Below the pieces are notes generated by a model. The model saw only the letters and a program-made list of their open reading frames with translations, ran no database searches and was not told the DNA's origin. Shown one piece after another: positions 27,162 to 37,639 of a stretch of DNA of 43,153 nt. The DNA lies in the NCBI GenBank assembly GCA_023412995.1, contig JAEZQS010000147.1:1-43153 (forward strand), written 5' to 3'. The DNA is from Pseudomonadota bacterium. GTDB lineage: Bacteria; Pseudomonadota; Gammaproteobacteria; Xanthomonadales; Rhodanobacteraceae. A program made the position numbers and the translations under genes. Every line of letters begins with the position of its first letter. The stretch's first letter is position 1.

Positions 27162-27929
27162 ATGAACAAGCAGTACGAGCACGCCCGCCTGTTCCATTCC
27201 CTGCACGTCCCCGGCAAGCCGCTGGTGCTGTTCAATGCCTGGGACGCCGGCAGCGCGCGTGCGGTGGCCGATGCGGGTGCAGCGGCCATTGCCACCGGCA
27301 GCTGGTCGGTTGCCGCCGCGCACGGCTACGCCGACGGCGAGCAGCTGCCGCTCGACCTGGCACTCGCCAACCTGCGGCGGATCGTCGATGCGGTGGCAGT
27401 GCCGGTATCGGTGGACCTGGAACGCGGGTACGGCGAAACACCCGCCGCGGTCGCGGCCAGCATGGCTGCTGCGATCGCCACGGGCGCCATTGGTTGCAAC
27501 CTGGAAGACAGCCATCCCGCCAGTGGCGTACTGCGCGACACGGCCGGGCAGGTTGCACGCCTGCGCGCGGCACGCCAGGCCGCCGATGCCGCGGGCGTGG
27601 CCTGGTTCCTCAACGCCCGCACGGACGTGTTCTTCCACCACCCGGCCGACGCACACGCCCCGGCGCTGGTGGACGTCGCGCTGGAACGCGCACGTGCCTA
27701 CGCGGACGCTGGCGCCAGCGGGCTGTTCGTGCCGGGACTTGCAGCGGAGGCCTTGATCGCCTCCCTGGTCGAGCGCTCGCCGTTGCCGGTCAATATCATG
27801 GCGCGCGTGGGCGGACCCGGACGTGCCCGCCTGGCGGAACTCGGCGTCGCGCGGATCAGCCATGGGCCAGGCCCCTACCGCGGCGCGATGGCGTGGCTGC
27901 AGGACGCCGCGCGCGCTGCCATGGCCTGA
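27162..27929 (+). CDS. Isocitrate lyase/PEP mutase family protein
   Basis: NAWDAGSA, SVDLERGYG, GCNLED, NARTD, GLFVPG. Confidence 0.92.
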   Translation: MNKQYEHARLFHSLHVPGKPLVLFNAWDAGSARAVADAGAAAIATGSWSVAAAHGYADGEQLPLDLALANLRRIVDAVAVPVSVDLERGYGETPAAVAASMAAAIATGAIGCNLEDSHPASGVLRDTAGQVARLRAARQAADAAGVAWFLNARTDVFFHHPADAHAPALVDVALERARAYADAGASGLFVPGLAAEALIASLVERSPLPVNIMARVGGPGRARLAELGVARISHGPGPYRGAMAWLQDAARAAMA

Positions 27930-28071
27930 GCGCGGCCGCACCATCCGACCATCCGGTTGCCGGCGGACCGCCGCCGTACGCCCGGAAAAATCGCGGCGAG
28001 CATGACCTCCAGCGCATGCCCCGCGGCGACGCACGGGCGACAGTGGCGCCTTTCCCCGTCCGGAGTGCCCC

Positions 28072-30117
28072 ATGGGCCGGTTTGCCGATCTTGTTCCCGC
28101 CGCCTTGCTTGGCACGGCCCTCGCCCTCGCCGTGGGTGCCGCCAACGCGGCCGATGCGCCGCAGGATTTTCTTGCCGCACACTTGGACACCTCGGTCGAT
28201 CCGGGCGTGGACTTCTTCGAATACGCCAATGGCGGCTGGCTCAAGGCGCATCCGATTCCCGCCTCGGAGGCCGCCTGGAGCATTGGCAACGAGGTTGACG
28301 AGGAGCTGTATGCCCGCCTGCGCGCGATCAGCGAGGCGGCGGCAGCAACCGCTGCGGCGCCCGGCAGCGACAGCCAGAAGATTGGCGACTTCTGGGCCAC
28401 CGCGATGGACGTCGCAAAGGCCGATCGGCTTGGCGTGCAACCGCTCAATGCGGAGCTGGCGCGGCTCGATGCGATCGATTCCCGCGCGGGCGTCGTGGAT
28501 GCCGTCTTCGCGATGAAGCCGATCGGCATCCCCGCACTGTTCCGCCTGGTGGTGGCGCAGGACGACAAGGCCAGCGACGTGATGGCGGTGCAGCTCTGGC
28601 AGGGCGGGCTCGGCCTGCCGGAGCGGGACTTCTACTTCAACCCGGAAGCCGGGGTGGCGAAGATCCGCGCCGCCTACGTCGACTACATGGCCGGCACGCT
28701 CGCCCTGCTGGGCCGCGCGCCGGCCGACGCGAAGCAGGCGGCGGTGGGCGTGATGGCGTTCGAGACCGCACTCGCGCAGGTGTCGCGCCGCCTTGAGGAC
28801 CTGCGCGACCCGGAGAAGAACTACAACAAGCTGGCGCCGGCGGCCTTCAGCGCGAAGTACACGCCCTCGATCGACTGGACCGCGCGCCTGGCGGCGTGGA
28901 ACGTGCACCCAGATTACGTGCTGGTGGGCCAGCCGGAGTTCTTCGCCGCAGCGGACAAGCTGCTGCGCGAAACGCCGTTGCCGGTGCTGAAGGATTACCT
29001 TCGCCTCCAGCTGGTGGACGCCTATGCGCCGTATCTTTCCAGCCAGTTCGAGGCCGGGCACTTCCGCTTCCACGGCCAGGCCATGTCGGGGCAGCAGGAG
29101 CAGCGTCCGCGCTGGAAGCGGGTGATCGACGAGGAGAACGACGCGCTCGGCATGGTGCTCGGCCGCATCTTCGTTGCCGATTACTTCCCGGCGGCCTCGA
29201 AGCAGCGCTACGTGGCGATGGTGGAAGCCATCCGCGACACCTTCCGCGACCGCATCGAACGGCTCGACTGGATGGGCGCGGGCACCAAGGAGAAGGCGTT
29301 GGCGAAGCTGGCTGCCGTCAGCCACAAGGTGGGCTATCCGGACAAGTGGAAGGACTATTCCGCGCTGGTCGTCGCGCGCGAATCCTATGCCGCCAACGTG
29401 ATGGCCGCGCAACGCTGGCAGTTCAACGACAACCTCGCGCGCTTCGGCAAACCGGTGGACCGTACCGAATGGGAGATGACGCCGCAGACCTACAACGCCT
29501 ATTACAACCCGTCCAACAACGAGATCGTGTTGCCGGCCGCGATCTTCATGGTGCCGGGCGTTCCGGACGCCCAGGTGGATGACGCCGTCGCCTACGGCTA
29601 TGTGGCGGCGAGCACCATCGGCCACGAAATCACCCATGGCTTCGACGACCAGGGCCGCCAGTACGATGCGCACGGCAACCTCTCTGGCTGGTGGACGAAG
29701 GAGGACGCCGCGCGCTTCGATGCCGCCGCGCAGAAGATGGTGGCCCAGTTCGATGCCTACGAGCCGCTGCCGGGCCTGCACATCAACGGCAAGGCCAGCC
29801 TTGGCGAGAACATCGCCGACTACGGCGGCCTGCTTCTCGGACTGGAGGCATTCCAGAAGACGGCGCAGTACCGGAGCGGCGGCAAGATCGGCGGTCTGAC
29901 GCCGGTGCAGCGCTACTTCCTCGGCTATGCGCTTGGCTGGATGAGCCAGCAGCGCGAGGAGCGGTTGCGCCAGCGCCTGTTGTCCGATGTGCATGCGCCG
30001 GCGAAGTGGCGGGTGCTCGGCCCGATGTCGAACATCCCGGCCTTCTACGAGGCGTTCGACGTGAAACCGGGCCAGCCGATGTGGCGTCCGCCGCAGGAGC
30101 GCGTGCGGATCTGGTAG
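28072..30117 (+). CDS. M13 family metallopeptidase (PepO/neprilysin-like), secreted
   Basis: DFFEYANGGW, NAYY, HEITH, GENIAD. Confidence 0.95.
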   Translation: MGRFADLVPAALLGTALALAVGAANAADAPQDFLAAHLDTSVDPGVDFFEYANGGWLKAHPIPASEAAWSIGNEVDEELYARLRAISEAAAATAAAPGSDSQKIGDFWATAMDVAKADRLGVQPLNAELARLDAIDSRAGVVDAVFAMKPIGIPALFRLVVAQDDKASDVMAVQLWQGGLGLPERDFYFNPEAGVAKIRAAYVDYMAGTLALLGRAPADAKQAAVGVMAFETALAQVSRRLEDLRDPEKNYNKLAPAAFSAKYTPSIDWTARLAAWNVHPDYVLVGQPEFFAAADKLLRETPLPVLKDYLRLQLVDAYAPYLSSQFEAGHFRFHGQAMSGQQEQRPRWKRVIDEENDALGMVLGRIFVADYFPAASKQRYVAMVEAIRDTFRDRIERLDWMGAGTKEKALAKLAAVSHKVGYPDKWKDYSALVVARESYAANVMAAQRWQFNDNLARFGKPVDRTEWEMTPQTYNAYYNPSNNEIVLPAAIFMVPGVPDAQVDDAVAYGYVAASTIGHEITHGFDDQGRQYDAHGNLSGWWTKEDAARFDAAAQKMVAQFDAYEPLPGLHINGKASLGENIADYGGLLLGLEAFQKTAQYRSGGKIGGLTPVQRYFLGYALGWMSQQREERLRQRLLSDVHAPAKWRVLGPMSNIPAFYEAFDVKPGQPMWRPPQERVRIW

Positions 30118-30275
30118 CGCGGAACGAGGAGGCCTGGCGTGTGGCGCCACGGCAGGGCCATGCACGGGCGCCTGGGCATGGCCTGGTGTGGCGGGTGCCG
30201 CGCGCGCCGTTGCAAGGCGGTGCCGGTCAACTCGCCCGGCGCATCCTCGCCATGGCGCCGGCGCGGAAGCGGCCC

Positions 30276-30671
30276 TCAGGTCAGCCACGCCTCCAGCCGG
30301 CGCAGGGCGTCCGCTTCGGCGAGGTCCGAGGTCGCGCCGGGCGCGTGCCGCTGGCCGGTGTAGGCGAGCACCAGCTCGCCGAAGGGATCGTCCGGGCTTT
30401 CGGTTTCCTCGAGGACGAGTTCGAGGTCCTCCAGCGCCTGCTCGATGTCGTCCACCTCCAGCGGCAGCTCCAGCAACAGCACCCAGTAGAGGAAGGTGGC
30501 CCCGGCGTCGGCATCGCGCGCCGCGCCCACGGCCGCCGACAGGGCGGCGGCGCGCGCATCGAAGTGCGCCCTGGCCGCCGGTTGCGACGAGAACACCGCC
30601 ACCGCCTCGCCCTGCGCCTGCAGGTCGCCGGTTTCGGTGTCCTCGAAGCTCGACACGACGAGATATCCCAT
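30276..30671 (-). CDS. Hypothetical acidic protein
   Basis: MGYLVVSSFEDTETGD...LRRLEAWLT; protein-like 3' part of ORF 30276..32219. Confidence 0.65.
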   Translation of the reverse strand: MGYLVVSSFEDTETGDLQAQGEAVAVFSSQPAARAHFDARAAALSAAVGAARDADAGATFLYWVLLLELPLEVDDIEQALEDLELVLEETESPDDPFGELVLAYTGQRHAPGATSDLAEADALRRLEAWLT

Positions 30672-30709
30672 GCTTCGTCCCGGTCGCGCCGCGCAGGCGG
30701 CGCCTTTGG

Positions 30710-32068
30710 TCACGGCAGCTCGAAGCCGTCCGCGAAGATCGTGTCGTCCGCCGGCGCCGTGAAGAAAACCGCCGCTCCGGCACCGGCATTGCCGTCGATT
30801 TCCGCGTTCAGCACCCCGACGAGCGCCGTGTCGCCGGAGAGCGCCACCGCATTGCCGAGATTCTCGTCGGCCGCACCGTCGCTGGCGACCAGCTTGTCGG
30901 TCTCGTTCCACGTCCCTCCCTCGAGGCGGAAGACGTACGCCGCGCCCTGATTGACGTTGGCATCGACGTCGGCGAAGTAGGAGCCCACCAGCGCGGTCGC
31001 GCCGTCGATGTCGACCGCCAGTCCGAAGCGTGCGCTGGCCGCGCCATCGCTGGCCACGAGCTTCTGCGCCTGCGTCCACGTGCCCGCCGATGCGGTGAAC
31101 ACGTAGGCCGAACCCTGCCCGTTGTTGTCGCCCACGCGCTGGTTGTAGGCACCGACGATCGCATTCTCGCCGCTGACGGCGACGGAGATGCCGAAGAACT
31201 CGAGGGTGGTGCCGTCGTCGGGCGCGAGGCGGGCGACCTGGATCCAGTCCGTGCCGCTGCGCTCGAACACGTAGGCGGCGCCGAAATAGGAATTGACGCC
31301 GTTGGCGCCGATCACGATGGTGTCGCCGTCGATCGCCACCGCCGAGCCGAAGGTCGCGAACCCGGTGCCGTCCGCGGCGACCAGCGTGGGGCCTTCGGTC
31401 CAGCTCCCCGCGTCCTCGGTGAACACGGTGGCGTTGCCCTGCAGCGCGTTTTCGCCGACGGGCGCGACCGGCGCGGAAACGATCGCGGTCGCGCCGCTCA
31501 CCGCGACCGACCAGCCGAAGTTGTTGCTGGCGCCGCCGGCGGCGGTCACGAGCTTCTGCTCCTGGCTCCAGCTGCCGCCCGATTGTCTGAACACGTACGC
31601 CGCGCCCTGGCCGCCGTTCGCGCCGACCGTCGCGTACGGCGCACCGACGAGGATCGTGCCGCCCGAAATCGACACGGAAAAGCCGAAGCCGTCGCCCGCC
31701 GCGCCATCGTCGGCGACCAGCACCTGGGATTGGGTCCAGGTGCCGCCTTCGCGCACGTACACGTGCGCCAGGCCCTGTTCGGGATTGCCGTCGACCGCGC
31801 CGTAGGGTTCGCCCACCACCGCCACGTCGCCTTCCACGGCGACCGCATAGCCGAAGCTGTTGTCCGGCCCCGGGACATCGGCGCTGACCTTCTGCTCGGT
31901 CCAGCTGCCGCGCGATCCGCCGTCGAGGAGCGGGGCCGCCATCGCAAGGGCGGGGAGGGCGAGACAGGCGAGGCCGAAGGCGAGCCGACGCAGCGATGGC
32001 CCGATGCGCGGCGACGCGGCAGGGGTTGCGTGCGCCAGCCAGCGCAGCGAAGCCATGGTCGTGTTCAT
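30710..32068 (-). CDS. Secreted FG-GAP repeat (7-blade beta-propeller) protein
   Basis: Seven W..QKL...FG.SVA..G...VGA repeats; C-terminal DDTIFADGFELP; RBS GAGGAGG. Confidence 0.9.
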   Translation of the reverse strand: MNTTMASLRWLAHATPAASPRIGPSLRRLAFGLACLALPALAMAAPLLDGGSRGSWTEQKVSADVPGPDNSFGYAVAVEGDVAVVGEPYGAVDGNPEQGLAHVYVREGGTWTQSQVLVADDGAAGDGFGFSVSISGGTILVGAPYATVGANGGQGAAYVFRQSGGSWSQEQKLVTAAGGASNNFGWSVAVSGATAIVSAPVAPVGENALQGNATVFTEDAGSWTEGPTLVAADGTGFATFGSAVAIDGDTIVIGANGVNSYFGAAYVFERSGTDWIQVARLAPDDGTTLEFFGISVAVSGENAIVGAYNQRVGDNNGQGSAYVFTASAGTWTQAQKLVASDGAASARFGLAVDIDGATALVGSYFADVDANVNQGAAYVFRLEGGTWNETDKLVASDGAADENLGNAVALSGDTALVGVLNAEIDGNAGAGAAVFFTAPADDTIFADGFELP

Positions 32069-32258
32069 CGTCGATCCTCCTCGTTCCGCGGCGCCGGATG
32101 CGCAACCTGCGCCGGCAGTATGCCCCCGCCAGAAGCGGGGGTGCGTGCGGGCGCGCACGCAGGCGTCGTCCGGAGGCCCGCGGCCGATCCGCGATCGACG
32201 TGCCGCGCAGGCGCTGCACGCGATGCCTCCGGCCCGAGCCCGGGCCAGCGCGTGTCCG

Positions 32259-32657
32259 TCACCCGGGCAAGCGGTAGTCGAAGCGATAGCGGTGGGTGCC
32301 GTCTTCGACACGGATCTGCAGCGTGCCCTCGAGGCCCGCCAATTCACCGGTACCCGAGCCTGGTACCACCACCACGGTCCAATCCTGCGGCACGTTGTTC
32401 CGTAGCAGCGCGCGGTGCACCAGCGCGAACGAGCCGCTGCGCCCGGCGAGGGACCCGGTGACGCGCTCTAGCGCCACGTAGGCGCCGTCCTGCCGCGCGC
32501 CGCCGCCTTCGGCCAGCATTTCGCCGTAACCGGTGGCCTCCAGCGTGCCGCTGTAGTGCTTGTCGAGGGAAAGGCGCCCGAGTCCTGCGCGGCGGGCCGG
32601 ATCGCTGTCGGACGGTTGCGGGACGACCTTGATCTGGAACGTGCCTTCGGCGTGCAT
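32259..32657 (-). CDS. DUF3224 family protein
   Basis: DKHYSG.LE, YVALERVTG.L.GRSGSF, VVPGSGTGEL.GLEG. Confidence 0.88.
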   Translation of the reverse strand: MHAEGTFQIKVVPQPSDSDPARRAGLGRLSLDKHYSGTLEATGYGEMLAEGGGARQDGAYVALERVTGSLAGRSGSFALVHRALLRNNVPQDWTVVVVPGSGTGELAGLEGTLQIRVEDGTHRYRFDYRLPG

Positions 32658-32783
32658 GAGGGGTTCCACGGGGGATGACCTGCGGATGATGCCAGCACCG
32701 GCGCCGCCGGGTTGCCGCCGCGGGCCTCCCAACGGCCGGCGTGCCGCCATTACCATGACGGCCCCCGACCGCTCCTCGCTGCC

Positions 32784-33995
32784 ATGCGCCCGATCCGCTG
32801 CGTCTCCGCGCTGCTCCTGCTGCTCTGTCTCGCCGCGTGCATGCCGCACGCGAAGACGGCGTCGCGCGAGCCCACCATCGGCCAGCAGCGCGAGGCGGTG
32901 CTGTTCTGGCCGCAGGAGAAGCGCGAGGCGCAGTTCCGGCGCATGTACCGGTTGTTCCCCAGCGACCGCGCCGCGCACGGCAGCACGGTGCGCCCGCTGC
33001 TGCCCGGCGTGCCGCTCGGGCTCGATGGTGCAGGCGCGGCGGACTGGCTCGGTGGGTACATGCAGGCGCACCACCTCGCAGGGGTGATGGTGCTGCAGCA
33101 CGGCAAGGTGCGGGTAGAACGCCGTGCACCCGGATTCGGGCCGGACCAGCACTGGACCTCGTTCTCCGTCGCCAAATCGGTCACCTCGACGCTGCTCGGC
33201 ATCGCCCTGCAGCAGGGGTACGTGCGCAGCCTCGACGATCCGCTGGAAGCCTATATCCCCGAGCTGGCCGGCACCGCCTATGCCGGCGTCACCGTGCAGC
33301 AGCTGCTGACGATGACCTCGGGCGTGCGCTGGAACGAGGACTACGCCGACCCTGCCTCCGACGTCGCGCAGATGTACCGCGGCGCCTGCGTGGGCGGACG
33401 CGCGCACGTGCTGACCTACCTCGCCGGGCAGCCACGCCAGTGGCCTGCCGGCACGCACTGGAACTACAACACGGCGGAAACCGACCTGCTGGGGCTGCTG
33501 GTGCAGCGGGCGACCCGCCGCCCGCTCGCGGCCTACCTGTCGGACGTGCTCTGGAAACCCTACGGCATGGCCGCGGATGCGTACTGGATCCGCGACGAAT
33601 GCGACGGCAGCGACACCGGTGGCAGCGGCCTGTCGGCGACGCTCGGGGACTACGCCCGCCTCGGCCAGTTCATGCTGGAAGGCGGACGCATCGACGGCAA
33701 GCCGGTGATTGCCGAGGCGTGGCTGCGTGGCGCCATGACCGACCGGGCAGCGGCGGATGCCCCGGAACACGGCTACGGCTATCTCTGGTGGACCGATGAC
33801 GACGGCAGCTACGCCGCGATCGGCATCTTCGGGCAGATGGTGTATGTCGATCGCTCGCGCGCACTGGTGATCGTGCAGGTCGGCGCGTGGCCGCAGGCAA
33901 CCTCCAAGGCGCTCGTTGCCGCCCGCCGCGCATTCGTCGCGCGGGTAAAGCACGCCGTGGACGCAGGGCAGGGCACGCTGGTCGAACAGCCCTGA
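32784..33995 (+). CDS. Serine hydrolase, beta-lactamase class C-like lipoprotein (NylB-like)
   Basis: Lipobox LAAC; FSVAKS (SxxK), LLTMTSG, WNYNT, GIFGQ. Confidence 0.9.
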   Translation: MRPIRCVSALLLLLCLAACMPHAKTASREPTIGQQREAVLFWPQEKREAQFRRMYRLFPSDRAAHGSTVRPLLPGVPLGLDGAGAADWLGGYMQAHHLAGVMVLQHGKVRVERRAPGFGPDQHWTSFSVAKSVTSTLLGIALQQGYVRSLDDPLEAYIPELAGTAYAGVTVQQLLTMTSGVRWNEDYADPASDVAQMYRGACVGGRAHVLTYLAGQPRQWPAGTHWNYNTAETDLLGLLVQRATRRPLAAYLSDVLWKPYGMAADAYWIRDECDGSDTGGSGLSATLGDYARLGQFMLEGGRIDGKPVIAEAWLRGAMTDRAAADAPEHGYGYLWWTDDDGSYAAIGIFGQMVYVDRSRALVIVQVGAWPQATSKALVAARRAFVARVKHAVDAGQGTLVEQP

Positions 33996-34002
33996 CGCGC
34001 CG

Positions 34003-34659
34003 ATGGCGAGCGCCGACCCGCTGCTGCCACGCCCGCGCCTGCGCGGATGGCTGCATGCGGCCATGTTCCCGCTCGTGCTGCTCGCCGGCGGCGTGCTGGT
34101 GGCCGCGGCAACCAGCGCGCGCGGACAGGCCACCTGCGCCGTGTTAGCGCTGGCTGCCGCCGCCCTGTTCGGGGTCAGCGCGCTTTACCACCGTGGCCAT
34201 GCCGGGCCGGGCGCGACCGCTCTCCTGCGACGGCTCGACCACGCCAACATCTTCCTGATCATCGCGGCCACCTACACGCCGCTGTCGGTGCTGCTGCTGC
34301 CATTGGTGAGTGCACGGATCCTGCTGGCGGGGGTCTGGGCCGGCGCCCTGGCGGGGATCGCGTTCCGCGTATTCTGGCTGTCCGCGCCGCGCTGGCTCTA
34401 CACGCCCTGCTACATCCTGCTCGGCTGGTCGGCGGTGTTCTTCCTGCCGGACTTCTGGCGCAACGGCGGTGCGCGGGTGACGCTGCTGATCCTGGCGGGC
34501 GGCGTGCTGTACAGCGCCGGCGGGATCATCTACGCCCTCAAGCGGCCGAACCCGCTGCCGCGCTGGTTCGGATTCCACGAGCTGTTCCATCTGCTGACGC
34601 TGGCCGGGTTCGCCTGCCATTACGCCGCCACGTACCTGGCCGCGACCACGCATGCCTGA
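34003..34659 (+). CDS. Hemolysin III / PAQR family membrane protein
   Basis: SALYH, RRLDHANIF..TYTP, FHELFH. Confidence 0.92.
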   Translation: MASADPLLPRPRLRGWLHAAMFPLVLLAGGVLVAAATSARGQATCAVLALAAAALFGVSALYHRGHAGPGATALLRRLDHANIFLIIAATYTPLSVLLLPLVSARILLAGVWAGALAGIAFRVFWLSAPRWLYTPCYILLGWSAVFFLPDFWRNGGARVTLLILAGGVLYSAGGIIYALKRPNPLPRWFGFHELFHLLTLAGFACHYAATYLAATTHA

Positions 34660-34778
34660 GACCGGCGCCGCCGCTTTGCCCGGCGGCACCTGCGGCCCTT
34701 CCGCGGCGTGGCCAGCGCTTGCCCCGCCGCGTGGCCCCGCGCGGCGAGTTCGCCGGCGCCAACCGGACTCGCCGCCGG

Positions 34779-35225
34779 TCAGTCGGGGATTTCCGCCTCC
34801 ACCAACCTGCCGAGCAGAACCAGCGACTGCTGCCACCCGAGGTAGCAGGATTCGGGCGGAATTGCTTCCGGAATCCCTTCTTGCACGATCCGCACCTCGG
34901 TGCCACACGAGACGGCCTTGAGCTCGATCGTGGTCGTCATCTCGCCCGGCAGGGCGGCGGCATCGAACGCATCGGTGTAGCGAATGCGCCGGCCGGGCAG
35001 CAGTTCCAGGTAGGTGCCGCCGAACGCGTGGCCATTGCCGGTGGTGAAGTTGGTGAAGCGCATGCGGTGCCTGCCGCCCACGCGCGCGTCGAGTTCGTCC
35101 ACCGTGCAGGTGTAACCATCGGGCGGCAGCCACTTGGCCAACGCAGCGGCATCGAGGAAGGCGCGGTAGACGCGCTCGGCAGGGGCGGCAAGCACGCGGT
35201 GCAGCCGGATGGTGCTGGTGGACAT
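34779..35225 (-). CDS. SRPBCC/AHSA1 family protein
   Basis: IRLHRVL.AP.ERVYRAF..KWLPP, CYLGWQQSL; RBS AAGGAG. Confidence 0.9.
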   Translation of the reverse strand: MSTSTIRLHRVLAAPAERVYRAFLDAAALAKWLPPDGYTCTVDELDARVGGRHRMRFTNFTTGNGHAFGGTYLELLPGRRIRYTDAFDAAALPGEMTTTIELKAVSCGTEVRIVQEGIPEAIPPESCYLGWQQSLVLLGRLVEAEIPD

Positions 35226-35399
35226 GGCGGTTCTCCTTTCGTGATCGATGGCAGCGGGGCGATGCCTGCGACGACGATCGGGAAGAGCGGCAATCGACAC
35301 GCCTTGCCTGTCGATTTCCCGGTGCGCCGTTCGTCGCCGCGGCGCGGGCGCCGTGCTTCGGCTGCCCTTACCATTCACGTCCCGACGCGGCCCCGACCG

Positions 35400-36830
35400 A
35401 TGAACCCCGACGCATCGCACGACCCTTCTTCCACGCCAGCGCCGCCGCCCTCGCTGTGGGCGGGGTTGCGCGCGGCCCTGCGCGGCACCAGCGCCGATTA
35501 CACCACCATCCCGCTGCGCCGGGCGGTGTTCCTGCTGGCCGTGCCCATGGTGCTGGAACTGGTGCTGGAGTCCACCTTCGCGGTGGTCGACATCTGGTTC
35601 GTCGCGCGACTCGGCGCCTCCGCGGTGGCGACGGTCGGCCTGACGGAAACGTACCTCTTCCTGCTCTACGCCATGGCCATGGGCCTGGCGATGGCGGTGA
35701 CGGCGGTGGTGGCGCGGCGCATCGGCGAGCACAAGGGCGACGAGGCCGCCGTCAGCGCCGTGCAGGCGATCTGGATCGCCCTGCTGACGTCGCTGCCTTT
35801 CGCCATCGCCGGCATCGTGTTCGCGCGGGACCTGCTGCGGCTGATGGGCGCCGACGCTTGGACCCTCGAGCACGGCTACGGCTACATGCAATGGATGCTC
35901 GGCAGCAACGTGGTGATCCTGCTGCTGTTCGTCATCAACGCGGTCTTCCGCGGCGCCGGCGACGCCGCCATCGCCATGCGCGTGCTGTGGGTCGCCAATG
36001 CCCTCAACATCGTGCTCGACCCGCTGCTGATCTTCGGCCTGGGCCCCGTTCCCGCGCTCGGCATCGAGGGCGCGGCGATCGCCACCAGCATCGGCCGCGG
36101 CGCCGGGGTACTGATGCAGCTGTGGCTGCTGTTCCGTGGCGGCCGCCACATCCGGGTGCTGCGCCATCACCTCGCCTGGCACGGAGCGATCCTGCGCAAC
36201 ATCGTGCGCACCGCGCTCGGTGGCGTCGGGCAGATGATCGTCGGCATGACGTCCTGGATCTTCCTGATGCGCATCCTCGCCAGCATCGGCAGCGAAGCCG
36301 TGGCCGGAGCAACCATCGCCCTGCGCCTCCTGATGTTCACCATGATGCCGGCGTGGGGCATGTCCAATGCCGCGGCCACGCTGGTCGGGCAGAACCTCGG
36401 CGCCGGCGAGCCGGCCCGCGCGGAAGCGGCCGTCTGGCACATCGGCTGGTACAACATGGGCTACCTCCTCGCCGTGTCGGTGCTGTTCTTCCTGTTTCCG
36501 AAGGAGCTCGTCGGACTCTTCAGCTCCGATGCGGCGGTGATCGCGACCGGCGCGACGTGGCTGCGCATCCTCTCCTATTCGTTCTTCGTCTATGGCTGGT
36601 GGATGGTGTCGGTGCAGGCGTTCAACGGCGCCGGCGACACGGTGACGCCGACCCGCATCAACCTGGTGTTTTTCTGGGCCATCCAGATCCCGCTGGCCTG
36701 GCTGCTCGCGCTGCGCCTGGGCTGGCAGGCGGAAGGGGTGTTCTGGGCCGTGTTCTTTTCCGAAACGTCGGTCGGGCTGTTCACGCTGTGGCTGTTCACG
36801 CGCGGTGGCTGGAAGACGGCGAAGGTGTAG
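35400..36830 (+). CDS. MATE family efflux transporter
   Basis: LAVPM, VDIWFV, RGAGD, NIVLDPLLIFG, GQNLGAG. Confidence 0.93.
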   Translation: MNPDASHDPSSTPAPPPSLWAGLRAALRGTSADYTTIPLRRAVFLLAVPMVLELVLESTFAVVDIWFVARLGASAVATVGLTETYLFLLYAMAMGLAMAVTAVVARRIGEHKGDEAAVSAVQAIWIALLTSLPFAIAGIVFARDLLRLMGADAWTLEHGYGYMQWMLGSNVVILLLFVINAVFRGAGDAAIAMRVLWVANALNIVLDPLLIFGLGPVPALGIEGAAIATSIGRGAGVLMQLWLLFRGGRHIRVLRHHLAWHGAILRNIVRTALGGVGQMIVGMTSWIFLMRILASIGSEAVAGATIALRLLMFTMMPAWGMSNAAATLVGQNLGAGEPARAEAAVWHIGWYNMGYLLAVSVLFFLFPKELVGLFSSDAAVIATGATWLRILSYSFFVYGWWMVSVQAFNGAGDTVTPTRINLVFFWAIQIPLAWLLALRLGWQAEGVFWAVFFSETSVGLFTLWLFTRGGWKTAKV

Positions 36831-36833
36831 GGG

Positions 36834-37619
36834 ATGCACGAAACGGAATCGGGTCGCGACGCGGCGGGCGAGGGTACCTATCCGCCGCTGGGCACGCCCA
36901 AGCGCGTGGCCGATGGCCTCTGGATCGTCGACGGTCCGCTGATCCGCTTCGGTGGATTCGGGCGCGGCATGCCGTTCCCGACCCGGATGACGCTGGTCCG
37001 GATAGCCGATGGCAGCCTGTTCGTGCATTCGCCAACGCCGCTCACGCCGGCACTGCGCGCTGCGGTCGCACGTCTCGGCACGCCACGATGGCTGGTCGCA
37101 CCCAACCGCCTCCACTACTGGTGGCTGCCGCAATGGCATGCTGCGTATCCAGAGGCCGCGGTGTACGCGGCGCCACGCGTGCGGCAGCAGGCGGGGGCAC
37201 GCATCGCCTTCGAAACACTCGATCTGGACCGGACCGCCGGCTATCCCTGGGACGGCGTGATCGAGACGCTGCCCGTGGCGGGGCGCTACATGACCGAAGT
37301 GGCATTCTTCCACCGTGACAGCCGAACCCTCGTGCTGGCCGACCTGATCGAAAACTTCGAGGCCCGCCGGCTCGGCGCCTGGTGGATGCGCTGGCTCACC
37401 CGCCTCGGTGGCGTGCAGGATCCGCACGGCTCGATGCCGCGCGACATGCGCGTGACGTACCCGCGGGCGACGCTGCGAGCAGCGGTCGAGCGCATGCTGG
37501 CATGGAAGCCCGAACGCATCGTGCTGGCGCATGGCCGTTGGTACGACCGCGATGGCACGGCCGAGCTTCGGCGCGCCTTCGCCTGGCTCGGAAAGGGCAT
37601 CGGGGAAAGCGGCGCGTGA
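36834..37619 (+). CDS. DUF4336 family protein
   Basis: FPTRMT, HSP, APNRLH, EVAFFH..SRTL..ADL, LAHG. Confidence 0.88.
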   Translation: MHETESGRDAAGEGTYPPLGTPKRVADGLWIVDGPLIRFGGFGRGMPFPTRMTLVRIADGSLFVHSPTPLTPALRAAVARLGTPRWLVAPNRLHYWWLPQWHAAYPEAAVYAAPRVRQQAGARIAFETLDLDRTAGYPWDGVIETLPVAGRYMTEVAFFHRDSRTLVLADLIENFEARRLGAWWMRWLTRLGGVQDPHGSMPRDMRVTYPRATLRAAVERMLAWKPERIVLAHGRWYDRDGTAELRRAFAWLGKGIGESGA

Positions 37620-37639
37620 GCGGCGCCTACCGCGCCCGC

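Noticed and set aside
27856..30789. Long antisense or alternative-frame ORFs (e.g. 27856..30789, 9861..12593, 38001..40514)
   Set aside because: Shadow ORFs typical of high-GC DNA that overlap well-supported genes.
32784..33995. Bona fide beta-lactam resistance gene
   Set aside because: The motifs fit the broad NylB/esterase-like serine hydrolases; the KTG triad of AmpC is not evident.
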